In this document: in pieces, positions 36,861 to 49,780 of the stretch | Layout of the letters: each line of letters opens with the position of its first letter | How positions within the stretch are numbered: the stretch's first letter is position 1 | NCBI RefSeq assembly: GCF_006345805.1 | Contig: NC_043001.1 | Location: 58,094,001 to 58,158,000 of the forward strand | DNA: 64,000 nucleotides | Direction: 5' to 3' | From: Octopus sinensis | Lineage: Eukaryota | Notes under the pieces: model-generated | What the model was told of the DNA's origin: nothing | Databases searched by the model: none | The model's input: the letters and a program-made list of their open reading frames with translations, nothing else | Made by a program: the position numbers and the translations under genes

Positions 36861-39332
36861 CAAGCAGCATAATCCGGCGTTGCCCGAGTATGAAAGAAAC
36901 TTTGTCGATAAGCACTGCCCTTTACCTTTTTACTCTTTATTGTACTCATTTAACCGTTATTTTGTAAAATGAAGTTTGACAGGCAGAGGTGATAATGTCG
37001 CATATGCCGGCCCTTTTGACACCGCCCCCCGAACCCAAGTTGGGTTTGGACCACAGCTAAGCCCTACCTAATCCTAACTTAAGTCTAGCGAAAGGGGCCT
37101 CAGGAGCCTCTAGTAGGCAACAACTAATCCCGATCTAGTCCTTTCCCTCTAGGGAACGAAGGCGCACGTGTAGGTTGCAACGTCTTCTCTTCACTCCAAT
37201 ACTTCTGTGTATACGACGTTCCTACCTGTCACTTCGGGCGAAAACATGATAACATCATTGCGCCTCCCAACGCGTGAACAGCCCACGTAGAGTTGACTGT
37301 GGGCGAAGCACTGTTCGCCCAAATGTAACCCAGCGACTTGTAGCTTTTGGCCTTGGGATTTATTGATGAACATTGCGAAGCAGAGTTTAACAGGAAACTG
37401 AGAACGCCTGAAGTGGATTGGTATGTCAGCGCCCGACGGTTGAAGGTGCATGCTTGGAATGAAGACGTCCTCTCCCTTCCCACAACCGGTAAGTATTGTG
37501 GCTGTTATTAAATGTGGTGCCAAATGTTTCACAACTAGACGTGTGCCGTTGCACCGTTTAGGTGGAACCAAATTCTTGAGGAACATAATGGGCGCACCAA
37601 CATTTAACTTCAGGATGTGTGGCAGCAGGCCTGGCGGTTCAAGTGAATTCAGGAATTCAAAGGGATAATCGGCAAGCTCGGTGGGGTCTGCTGTCTTATC
37701 TATAGATTTGTAGACCTGGACATCACCAGGAATAGCTTCACGTAGCTGGGTATTGATGGAGTTGACGGTTGAACTGGAAGCTTTTTGCGAGAGGCGCAAG
37801 GCGGCTTCCTCGTGGGTCTCGCGAGCCCTTCTAGCCCTAGCAGCCAATGCCTTGGCCGTCCGAGGGCTGAGGAGGGTCCTTCTCTTCTTGGGTGGCATTT
37901 TAGTGGATAGCAATGTGTTTGGCAAAGGTGTAATAAAAAGGAACACGTGGGGTAAGTATCCCGAAATGTATAAAAATGTACAAAAACGGAAAAAAGCGGG
38001 CAGCACTGTGAGTGACAACAACAAAAAAGCGAAAAGTGACTAAACTGAACAAACGAATGGAAAAGGTTTTTTGGTGCACACGACAAAAGCAGCTTATATT
38101 AAACCAAGAGTTTGCAAGTTGCATCCGAGGACCCTTAGGGTACGTCAAAAATTTAAGGTAAAACGTTTGGGGTGGTAGTTATAAAGAAAGTTTAAACAAA
38201 ACAAGTATTCGAATAACTTGCGGCTGCAGAAGCGATTAGCAGAAGTAGACCAACGTGTGAAGCGAGCGGGTGTGAACCGAGAGGAGAAGTGGGAGTCACA
38301 AACTATACGCGCACAACTGAGTGTGTCAGTGCATGTGATTGGTCAAATTAAGAGCATTGTTCACCGTTTGGGGAGCCAATGGGAAGAGCTGCAATCATCG
38401 TGTCAAGGACACGCGCGAACGTGCGCACACAACCGCAAACGCATCTACAGCCCAACATTACTCGGATTTGAAGCAAGAGGAAAACATATGTTATTTCTAG
38501 TAACCTTTATGAGAAAAGCGGCAAAAATCAACTAAATCACCTGAAATCCGCCAACTATTTAATAAAAGTCAGTATTGTAGGGTTCGCATGGGCGGTCTCA
38601 AAGTGATATGGTTTTGTCGATTTCTCCCAATACTTGTTAATTGCATTGACAAAAGGTCCTTAGGTTGATATTTAATGCAAACTTGATGTCCAACATCGGT
38701 GTAGGGAACATCTATGTGAACTTTCAAAAAATATCGCAGAAAAATCGGTTTGCTATGTGTGCCACATATGATGTAATAAACCGATTTTTTCCAGTAATAA
38801 AGTATCCTATTGGAATCAAAAGGGCCATATAGCTCTTTGGAGCAGACATGATGCTCGCTGTGAATTTCAAAAAAACATTCCTGCCAATTTGTTAAAGATA
38901 CTGTCGAAAATATGTCATCTTGAATTTGAATGCGATTTCCCAAAACGGCATGATTTCATCGATTTTTTCTGATGGTAAGGTATTGCATGGAAAACTAACG
39001 TCAGAATTAAGTTCCTTAGGGTAACATTAAGCTTCACCATTAGTTTGGAGAAAATCGATTGCAAGTTGCGAAAACTACAACAGAAAATGTGTTGCATATG
39101 ATAAGCTTAGATTCTTGACCCCATGTTGAATTTATCGATTAATTTCAGAACTGGGGGAACTTTTCAAACTTTTCGCTGCATTAGTTTTGAATTATGTCAT
39201 TGGGCTATGTGTGTGTCAAGTTTCATCAGAATCGGTTGAAAGCCGTGGTCAGGATGAGGGTACAACCTGACAGACAAACAGACAGACAGATAAATACACA
39301 GACAGACAAACTGCCTTTTATATATATAGAGA
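36861..39332 (-). mobile_element. Non-autonomous Helitron with both termini
   Basis: On the minus strand: 5' A|TCtctatatatataaaa at 39332, 3' hairpin cgggcaacgccgg (36874-36886) followed by CTTG|T at 36861, i.e. inserted in an AT target. Encodes the helicase C-terminus. Confidence 0.88.
37191..37898 (-). CDS. In-frame fusion of the Helitron N-terminal basic leader to the PIF1-like helicase C-terminus (235 aa)
   Basis: MPPKKRRT...RARRARETHEEAALR joined to FLNSLEPPGL..HILKL..GAPIM..NL.PP..CNGTRL...QFPVKLCFAM.INKSQGQ...QLYVGCSRVG...NVVY.EVL. Confidence 0.75.
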   Translation of the reverse strand: MPPKKRRTLLSPRTAKALAARARRARETHEEAALRLSQKASSSTVNSINTQLREAIPGDVQVYKSIDKTADPTELADYPFEFLNSLEPPGLLPHILKLNVGAPIMFLKNLVPPKRCNGTRLVVKHLAPHLITATILTGCGKGEDVFIPSMHLQPSGADIPIHFRRSQFPVKLCFAMFINKSQGQKLQVAGLHLGEQCFAHSQLYVGCSRVGRRNDVIMFSPEVTGRNVVYTEVLE

Positions 39333-39339
39333 TAACACA

Positions 39340-40260
39340 GGTTATTGAATGTCAATTATCATTCAATTATTTAAGTAAGTATGGGCAGAAACTCAATAAT
39401 GCATTTAGTGTTTCATACTAATTCAATAACAGATGCAACTAAGGAAACTACCCGACGTGGAGGTAAACTATTAATATTACTAGACTGAATTCAATATTAC
39501 ATATAATATTAGTTGAGGAACACTCATTTTCTTTCTTCACTTTCTAGATATTTACAAGCTTTAATGTTCACTGCGTCTTCAAATACTAAAGCGATTGACC
39601 TCTCTCGTGTAGGTGTCGTTTCGAAGATTTTGTTTCATATTTAATTTACTAAGAATAAATTCGATGTGGTGCAATGGATGTATCGAAATTTGTTTCCCAG
39701 GGAATTCGAAAGAAATTATATTATGCCTGTTAGAACTTATCATTTAGGGATGTATAAAAAATATATGCTCCCAACAACGTCATCCTTCGTATAGTAGCGA
39801 TTTATTTGTTATTTGCAGTTGCATTTGTTGATAACTTCAGTGTTATCCTTGATTATATGATTTTTCATATATATTATCGTGCGCACTCTGTTCATCGCCA
39901 TACAGCCTTTTTTTAAATATAGAGCAGAGAGAAATATTATATTCGACTCGTTATTCATATATAATCGTTAATCAAATATATTCAATGAGAATACAATATA
40001 CTGAATTTCTAATAAATGCTCTTGGTAGGGAAATGTCTAAAACATTAAAGTTATTGAAACGTTCAGTAAGAGCAATTATATATATATATAATTATATATA
40101 TATATATATAATTATATATATATATAAAATAAGAGCAGGAATATTTCATTAAAAAATCATCACAGAGGATATACATCCAAAATAATATTGTATTAATAGA
40201 TATATGAATAAATACGTACGAAACTTGAATATACCTAAGACCCAAAGTTTCAACCAGGAC
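39340..40260 (+). pseudogene. Toll-like receptor-type junction remnant (last LRRs, LRRCT, TM, start of TIR)
   Basis: QLSFNYLS, then in one frame PLSCRC (39599-39616)-x16-C-x20-C, hydrophobic ILRIVAIYLLFAVAFV (TM-like, about 39782-39830), HIYYRA, then IFDSLFIY (39939-39962) in the place of the TIR box 1 YDAFVSY. Confidence 0.5.
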
Positions 40261-40299
40261 ATTGTCACACTCAGCCTCTACCAACACTCTATAGAAAAA

Positions 40300-42230
40300 T
40301 GCTGTAGAATCCCCACCGCTGGCGGGATTACCCGAGCGGCAGAACAGCAAGAGGGCCGTACGACACTCCGTATGCCACTCACTCACCCTTGATCTACGAA
40401 AGCTAGCGAACGAGGGAAACATTTGTTTCGCCAGCGGAGACACACCCGTTTACCACCCAGGAGTATCCAGAGATGCTGAAACCTCAGCATATGTTTGTGC
40501 ACCAACAGCCAAGGCATCCACAGTCCTCCCTTTAACGGCCTTTGACAACAAATAGAGCGTCTTTCAAGTGGCTTCAAGCCCCTCCACAAAAAATGAAAGA
40601 GCTGCCTTTCCAGCTAGGTCAACCACGATCCGGGCAAAGAACGACGTTTAGGCGGTAGGTAATGACCTAAGCGACAAACACATTAGCCACCTCCACCATC
40701 CCTTTCAGGGATAGCCACCGCCAAGACTAGGTCTTGACTAAGCAGGTCACTCTGCTCGAAACCTGAGCCCAGTTCTCTATCTGGATATCCGGATGAAACC
40801 AGACCCCCTAGCAACTTAACTGGTCCATCCGTCCAAAGTACTACAACGCTGTCTGAAGGCAAGCCAACCGACTTTTCTCTGTTAATATTTGCTCCTGCTA
40901 CCGTTTTGTAAGCCTCAATAGACTTGCCTACCTCTTGTATGTGCTCTATATTGGTCACGCTGATGGTAATGTGATCTGCATAGGCTGAAACAAACTCGCC
41001 ACATCCTGGTTCTTTCCGGATACCACTCAACCTTCGCAGCAACGGCTGGAGGGCAATCTACTACAAAAGTGATGAGAGCAGGCACCCTTGGCGAACCGAG
41101 CGTTTGATACCGTGCGGTCTTGATAAAATGTTCACGCGAACGATCGAGTAAATGTTATCATAAAATTCAATTATCCACCTGAGGAAGCCAAGACCTGGGT
41201 CAAACTGCGCAAGAACAATCACCAAGTAATGATAGTCAACCCTTTCAAAATCTTTTGTTTGGTCTAAATGTACCAATGACCCAACTCTGTCAAGTTTATA
41301 CTGAATCCTCTCTAAGGTGTAGCGGAGAAGGCGGAGATTATCCTGGGTGCTTCTGCCGTGGATGGCACATATCTATGCCCCCCGATCAGACCATCCGGGA
41401 CATGCGCCAACCATTTTGCTAACACCTAGGCCAAAATCTTCACTTTTGTATTTAACAGCATGATGCGCCAGAAATTATCCATACTCATCCCCTTGTCCGG
41501 GTCCTTTCTGACCAGCGTCACCACTCCCCGGCGCACAGGTTTGGGAATAAATCCATTCTGTTGCCAGTTCATGTACGCTCTGGCCAGCAGGTGCCCGAAG
41601 ATCTCTGGCATACACTTATATAGCTTGTAGGGCAGACCATCCAGCCCCGGCGACTTACCCACGCCACAGTCCGCCATAACCTCAGTTACCTCCCTATCTA
41701 TGTACCTTATCTAAGTTCAACTTACAGTTAACCATCTTGTGGTCACTGTAGCTGTCTGGATAAAACTGTGGTCACTTAACTATACGTTTACCTACTTTTC
41801 TAATCAAGATCCTATCTATATAGGATCGGGAAGACCCGTCGCTATTTGACCACGTCCACAGTAGAGCATCCAGGTGTTCCATCATATATGGGTCCGCTAG
41901 CTGAAAATGGCTTAGCAGATCCCGGAAGAAAGGTTTACATGTTCTATCTGTTCCTGAGTCAACACAATCCACGCGCGCACCGCAGATTGTATTAATGTCT
42001 CCTAGTAGAGCTAACGAATGTGATATGGCAAGAAATTTACCTAGGTCACAGAAATATTCACTTTTTGGACCATCCTGATAGTGTGCATAAATCGCAACCA
42101 GCCTGATCGTCTTACCACAGCTGAACGTCAAATCCAGAACGACCGACCTGTCTCCTGGACCAGAACAAATCAACTTTTACTCGAAACGCGGTTTCTTTCT
42201 AATAGGACCAACACCCCACCCCCATCTGTC
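40300..42230 (-). mobile_element. Tx1-clade LINE ORF2 remnant (APE + RT), internally deleted
   Basis: RLVAIYA, LLGDIN, WTWSNS..SRSYIDRIL (APE). GKSPGLDGLP, LLNTKVKILA, LDQTKDFERV, VRQGCLLS and YADH (RT). Confidence 0.88.
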
Positions 42231-42880
42231 ACACGACATGGACAAATTTATTTCTCGTAGCCATTCAGCATATTGTTTATATAATATATATAGCTATATT
42301 TTTGTACAAAGACAGATAGACGATAGATGTGTATATTATGTATATTATTTCTTCAACATTTTTAGCACAAGATTGTACCAACGCATATCTATGCCAGTAA
42401 CTTTTTAAATAACATCTTTAAATAGCATCTTTTTTTATATATTTTGAAATAACATCCCATTCACTACACCGAAATTCACTCTCTCTTTGACGAGTGGATG
42501 TATTACCTAATATAAATTATCAATTTTAGATTCCATTTCGAAGAGTAATGTATCCAGGAAACGATCGTAAGATATTTTAAACTTTTAAACTTTTTAAATA
42601 GTCATACTTTATATATTGATTGCATATATGTGTACATGAATGTATATGCAGGCCTTGGATAAATGTGTTTGACAGTTGTTGTCCTTTTCGATTTTTTGTT
42701 CCCAAACAACACTTATTATAGTGCTGTTGACACCGGGTTGAATGGTACTGCCCAGGTATCGAAGCCATAATGATACTCATGGGGCAGCTGATGATTGATG
42801 GTAGTATGTTGGATTGTTGGTATACCTGTGGAATAGTATTACAGCACATCTTTTTGATATATATATATAAATATACATAC

Positions 42881-42960
42881 AGTAATCCGCCGACTATCGC
42901 GGTTGTTACGTTTCTAAACCCTGCGCGATAGGTGAACTGCGTTAGGTGAACCACGATATA
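42881..42960 (+). mobile_element. pogo/Tigger-like terminal inverted repeat fragment
   Basis: ta-cagtaatccgccgactatcgcgg resembles the CAGTAxTCCCTCG..ATCGCG TIR pattern after a TA. Partner TIR not found. Confidence 0.4.
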
Positions 42961-44934
42961 ACGAGGTATTTGCATATATGATACAAGGCCACCTGAAATG
43001 GGAGCTTGACACAAATATTTACACCTTAGAGAATACATCTAGATATGTATAATTAATTTTTTTGTAGTTAACTTAAAATCATTGGCTACTTAAATATTTG
43101 GCAAGGTCGAATACCATAGTAGCGCATAGAAAGAACTATTATCCTGTATGTAATCACTAAGAAACATTGTTTTCTGTATATAAAGAAAGAGTAAAATATT
43201 CATGAACTCAGTCCAGGTTGTAACAATTTCAATCTATAATAAAATCTGTTATTTCATATTGAAATGTTGAAAATCTTAATCACAGGGTATATCATACTGC
43301 TGATTTCTAAAATGATTGAAATAGTACTATACATTATTAACACCGTCTAGATATTTTAAACAGCTTCATAAAAATTGGATAAAACAAAACGAAAAACAAA
43401 CATAGGATTTATATGTATGTTTTATCCCTAACATTTTGTTATTTAAATTCCATATTTCAAATGTCACCTAATGTTATATAGAAAACATCATTCTCCTCAT
43501 AATCATTGCGACTACTGTGTAAAGATATATACGTAGACCTATTTTGTATCTTATTGCGTTTGAAACGATTTGAAGGAAGTAAACGATATTTTGTTGCTAT
43601 ACTCTTTCATTAGAGTTCATAGAAGCATAAAATGGGTTATTTGATATGGCACTAAAGCTAAACCAGAAAGATCTTTTGCGCTACAGGAACTATTGAGCAC
43701 AAAGACTAACAAAATATTTCCATCATATTTGTGTTTCGTGACATTTTCTTCAAATTTTTCGTTTTTGTAATTATTTTACATTCAGTTGAGCAAGCAATAC
43801 TTAACAGTCAAGCAGAGTAATTATGGGACGTAATTAATTAAATTCAAGCTACTAATGACTTCTCATTCAAATGATTGATTGACTTAGCAAAATGGGTCTT
43901 TTGACTTTCAGAATAAAAATATTTTTATATGAGAAATTAGCTCATTTAGCTTGAAATGTCATTGAAAATAGGAATGCAACTTTAAAAAAAGGTCATTATG
44001 TTAATGTAAATTTTGCTGATTTATTTCCATGATTTATTTTTTTATGTGTATTTGTGAGTGTGAATATATATTTGCGTGCGTGAGTGTTATATTCATATAT
44101 GTATGTATGTATGTACGTATGTATATATATATATATATATATCTATATATATATATATATATATATGTTTGTGAGTGTTTGTATGCGTTTAAAAAATATA
44201 TATATATGTATGTATGTATGTAGTGTGTTTATATTTATGACATAATATTCATATATGCATAACACACACATATATACATACACAAGCGTATATATTTATA
44301 TATGTGTGTGAGTATGTATACGTGTGTAAGCGTGTGTGTGTCTGTGTGTATGTGGTGTGTGTGTGCAATTCTCATTAAGCTGATTACATTATTTGAAAAT
44401 GACAAGTAATGCTCACACCGAGACAACATCATACACACAAACATGTACACACACGCGCGCGCACACACACACGCACGCACCCATACATACACAGATTCGC
44501 AGACATGAATCCATAATAATAGAAGTATATTGTAATTTTATTTGTTATGAGGAGTTGGATGCTTTTTTATTAAAACAATTGTTTTTACAGCTGAGTGGTC
44601 TTCTATTGCAAACCACTCAGACATGAAGTAGAAGTGTAAGTTAAAAGCAAACAATACTACTAGACGAGCGTAGAGCCATAAATGAAAAACATTAAAAAAT
44701 CAGTGTAGTTTTTATTTTGCACTTTCATTATGGCTTAGACGAGGAAAGTTATCATCCACCCGTAATGGTTTAGTATAGCCTCTAAGAATGTTCGGTTAAA
44801 GGGAAGAAACAACTGTGACATTAATGCTATCTGCATATTAGTACTTTATTCTAATACTTCTACAAGGGTCGATCTATTAAAGGCACCTAAAGCACAATAA
44901 ATAGTGTCAAATTAGATATAAATTCGGTAGTTAC

Positions 44935-45384
44935 ATGAATAATTCCGTTCCAGTGAGCTTCCGCAGTTTACGTCTAATTTCACACAGAATATTCGAATTC
45001 AACCAGCATTCTCTAAGAATATTTAATAAGAAAAACGGGGCAACAATACTGTGCAATCAACTCCTTTACTTTGGAGAAAATGCGATTTTATATAATACAA
45101 GGTCAGTTGATAGACAAGATCTTTACAGCGTTTGGCAAATAGCGAAACGTCATTCTATTGTGACATATATTCTGAGTTCGAAATCTATTGACGCAAACAT
45201 CGCGTTGATGCTCGTGCATGTCAAAAAAAAAAAACTGAAGACGAGTGCAACAATGGATTACATAAACACATCAATTCATGTCACCTTAAATTTCTCCCCA
45301 TTTACTAGCGTAGGAAATAATTATATTTTTAATATGACACTTGCAAATGAAAATAATTTGAGGCAAAATGTTTATATATATTAG
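44935..45384 (+). pseudogene. 149-codon open frame with LRR-like periodicity
   Basis: SFRSLRLISHRIFEF and NQLLYFGENAILY resemble LRR units. Long stop-free frame in very AT-rich, non-repetitive DNA. Confidence 0.35.
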
Positions 45385-45465
45385 ATAGATAGATGTACAT
45401 AAGTATATATACAAACATATATGTCTATCTACATATATAAATATATATATATATATATATGGATG

Positions 45466-45497
<32 letters not shown>

Positions 45498-45558
45498 TAT
45501 ATGTACATACATACATATATACATACATACATATACATACACACACACAGACACACAC

Positions 45559-45591
<33 letters not shown>

Positions 45592-45899
45592 AGTGTGTAA
45601 ATTGAAATACACAACTGAAACAGCTACTAATAGTTTCATGCTATTATGATACTTAAACAGGCATATATTCATGAAATACGCCATGCACCTCGAAGCCAAA
45701 TTCACGCTTTTTTAATCCTTTATGTGTATTATAAGACAAAGACATTATACAGTAATAAAATAAAGAAAAGGCGTGAAGGATGTTGGTGTACAAAATGGAA
45801 CGCAAAGAAACAAACAAAATCAGGAAAACTAAGATTGTATACATCTTATCAAATATAATTTGTGGACTAGCAGAATTTTTATTTTGTTGTCTATGCATG

Positions 45900-46075
45900 T
45901 ATGTGTGTCTGTTTGTATGTGTCTTTGTGTCTGTGTCTGTTTTAACTTAGTGGATCGGCAAAAGGGAACGATAGAATAAGTACTAAGCTTACAAATAATA
46001 AGTCGATGTTTTAGACTAAAGTCGTTTAAAGTGGTGCTACAGCATGGCCAGAGACAAATGAGTAAAATAAATCAA
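45900..46075 (+). mobile_element. SINE 3' fragment
   Basis: cgatagaataagtactaagctt...gtggtgctacagcatggcc matches the tail of the SINE at 17325-17700. Confidence 0.7.
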
Positions 46076-46299
46076 ATATAACAGAGAAGGAATTAAATAA
46101 ATATATCGAAATAAAAAACGACGCTGCAATGCAGTAGTGAAAATCGGAGTAAAATACACTAAATAAAAAATACCTGATTGGTACTCATCAGAACAAACCG
46201 TTACCTATCAGAGTCTATTAAGCTCCATTCTTAAGGAGAAAACTGAGGATTATATTATGACTGCTGAGTATAGATGAAACACCTAATTGTACTAATAAT

Positions 46300-46515
46300 T
46301 ATTTCTACTAAAGGCACAAAGCATGAAATTAGAGGAAGAAGACTAATCGATTACATCGACCCCAGCTTTTCCCTGGTATTTAATTTATCAACCCAGAAAT
46401 GATGACAGATAAAGTGGACCTCGGCGGAATTTGAACTCAGAATGTAGTGACCGGCGAAATGCCACAAAGCTTTTCGTCCACCGTGGTAAGGATTCTGACA
46501 GCTCGTGCCTTAAAA
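46300..46515 (+). mobile_element. Second octopus SINE-type repeat (further copies at 46700-46870 and 59120-59360)
   Basis: gattacatcgaccccag...gacctcggcggaatttgaactcag shared among the copies. Confidence 0.75.
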
Positions 46516-47750
46516 TTATACTAATAATAGTAAGAGAAATTATTTCATTCGAATCGAGAATTACTAAGCCGGCGATGGATAAGATGGAATTCGATACAGA
46601 ATATACGTAATGGAGCGAATTTTAAAAGATTATAAACTATAATTACTCTGAAATGTAACAAGATCAAAACATTCTGTTCTAATGGTATAAGGTTTGAAGG
46701 TTTGAGTCAGTGGCTTTCCGATTACATCGAACCAACTCAGCTAGTAGTTATTTCATTGATCACGAAATGATAAAAGACAAACTAGACCTCGGTGGTATTC
46801 AATTCAGAACATAAAGTCGGATGATATCACGCTACCTATTTTCTGCAGCGAGTTAACGATTCTGTCAATTAGGTGTCTAAATAACAACAAAATAGTAAAA
46901 CACAATAATTAAAACAAGGTATATTTTTAAAGATTTACACATTAACTTACACTGATTAAAGCAGTCTTGATAAATCAAATATTTCTGTATCGTACACAGC
47001 TAGATATGCACGAATCTATCTTGAGGATCTTTTGAATTAAGGTAAGTGAAAACTATCACATGGGGATTGTAATATTTGGTCGGAGGCTGCCTTTCTCTGC
47101 ACTCTGGTCAATTTCTAACGCAGCCTTCCTTTAGAAATATATTGACTATGCATTGTAAGTGATACATTGTGTTTCCGTTAGTTTCCCGAATTGCTGTAAA
47201 TTTCATTTAAATGCGGTGATCCATTTTCGTTGGGACTTGTTATGATTATCGAAGAAGTGAGTAATCCCTGTCAGACTACTGTCGGTTTCATGGTTCGTTG
47301 TGACATTGAGGATGAGGCAGATTTATTAATTTGCCCAGAAGATATTCCTGGCATAACCTTAGGACCAGAAACCTCCAGGAATTGCTTTAGATAATTTTAC
47401 ACTTGTGCAGAAATAATTTCGCCACATGCATGGAAGGTACATAATCTACATTCAATACTTAGACATACACAAAAAGAAACAAACAGACGCAGCCAGCACA
47501 AACAGATCCAACCCTGGCTAGGTGGAAGGGGCGACAAGCCTTTAAAGGAGACGCCAATATGTCGTAAGGTTACCACTTGACATCTGAGTAAATTGGAACA
47601 GCTGAAATTGTATTAAGTGCTTTGCACAAGAACACAAAGCATCACCGTCATAATCACTGTAGATTCCAAGTCACACCATTATACATACATACACACAGAT
47701 AGACATGTGTCCATGTACGTGGTTGTGCATGTCTGTATTTGGCTCACTCG

Positions 47751-47851
<101 letters not shown>

Positions 47852-49532
47852 GAAATATGTTACGAAAAGAAAATATAAGATACACGTGGAAATGTAAGGG
47901 TAAACTATGACAAATCAACGAAAATGCACATTGCAAATAAAAAAAGGCTATTTATGACAGGTAACGACAAATATATACATTTAGATTGACTAAAGTAGTA
48001 GTACGAGTCATAAAAGTCATTATTATGAGATGATTATAAGATGATAATAAAGTAAGAGAACAAAACGGACCATGGTTTACGCGAAGCTATTCATATATAT
48101 ATATATTTAAGAACAATGGACAATGGGGACAAGTGCTCACGATCTTATTTAAATCATTTGTAGAAATGACTTAAATAGCATCTCGAGCGTTTGCCTCCAT
48201 TTTCAATTATTCCTTTGTTCTCCAAAACACGTCCCACTTCTCCTCGGAATTAACTCACTCGCAAGTGTGATTACTAATTCATTACGTGCTTATGTGATAT
48301 TTGGTAACCTTGTAACTGGTCCGCTGGATCTTTACTTGTAAATTTATCATTTTCTTTTAATTAAATACTAAATAATTCTAATTATTTAAAGTTTTATGTA
48401 TTTCAGAATCCTGAATTGTAATGCATAGTTTGCCATTCTCTCTCTCTCCCTCACACACACACAGATACACACACACGCACACAAGCACACTTGCAACACA
48501 GCACATACATTTGTATATGTATACATAACATACATATATTGAAAGATAGACAGAGCGATAACAGTAGACGTCGCAGAGATAGGGAGTAAGATAAGTTCGT
48601 GTAACTCATGTCTAATAATTTCAAATATTTTAAATCTCAGATATTGAATAACTTTGCTGTCTAACATGCATAACCAATTTATTAGTTGCTGCTGTTGCTG
48701 CTGGTTGTTGAAAGGTGGAAACGTTTTAGGTGCAAGATGTTTATATGTGAATTATAAAATGTATTTATTCATACGTTATTGAATCGAGATCTTTCAATTT
48801 GTCACATATAATATATACTTGATATATGCTGCAGCTGTACGCGAATGTGTTGCTTGCACGCAAATATTGAATACCATCCGTTTGTATAGAATTCTTTGAT
48901 GTGTATACTTCTGGTAATATACATGCGCAGTTATTTTATTGGTACAATATTATTATTTACACCACCGTTCTAAAATTCCTCTAGCTTATGCTTCTCATAT
49001 TAACTAATATCCGCAAAGACAATGTTATATAACATACAACAACTATTATGTGTGTGAAAAATAACGTAGTGGTGTGGGAAAGTATCAAAACATTTGAATA
49101 TTATATATTGAATATTTGCAATCTGGCATCTATTGCTTTTATAAGCTTAACGACCTTCTAACTTTATATGTCATTGGTGGGTAAGTCGGAAAGAAGAAGC
49201 ACTTCAAAGATTCTGACAGCGGTAAAGGCAACCCATATTTTATTTGTAGCCTTGCCCCAAGTCTGGTGTATATACTAATAACTTATCGCATAACACACAA
49301 ACACTGGGACACTGACATATATGTACACGTGCGAGTACATTATATTTAAGAATACATATGCATATAAATATATCGATATATGTACCTATATACATATATT
49401 TATATGTGCATATGTATACACACACACACATATATGTGTATATGAACATGTGTATGTATATCTATATCTATATCTATCTATATATCTATCTATATATGTA
49501 ATTTTTTCTTACCTTGTTTTTTTTCTGTGTAT

Positions 49533-49640
49533 CTTTCTGTCGAAGAGCGTAGGGTCGAAACGTAACAACTTTTTTCTATTCCTGAGCCCTATACTAATAC
49601 ATTTGTTTGTTTGTACTCCACCTGCCTTCATCTTTTGTTT
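49533..49640 (+). mobile_element. Penelope-type terminal fragment with degenerate hammerhead
   Basis: ctgtcgaagagcgtagggtcgaaacgta: core A changed to T, stem II mismatch. Confidence 0.55.
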
Positions 49641-49693
49641 ATTTTCGTAAACTTTGCCTTTATATATATATTCATACAAACATAAACATACAC

Positions 49694-49780
<87 letters not shown>

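Noticed and set aside
38218-38943. ORFs 38218-38535 and 38569-38943 inside the Helitron as captured host genes
   Set aside because: No recognisable domain or splice pattern. More likely Helitron non-coding/promoter sequence.
42577-43038. 153-aa minus-strand ORF
   Set aside because: It runs across a Tigger-like TIR fragment, a (TA)n tract and low-complexity DNA, with no coherent domain.
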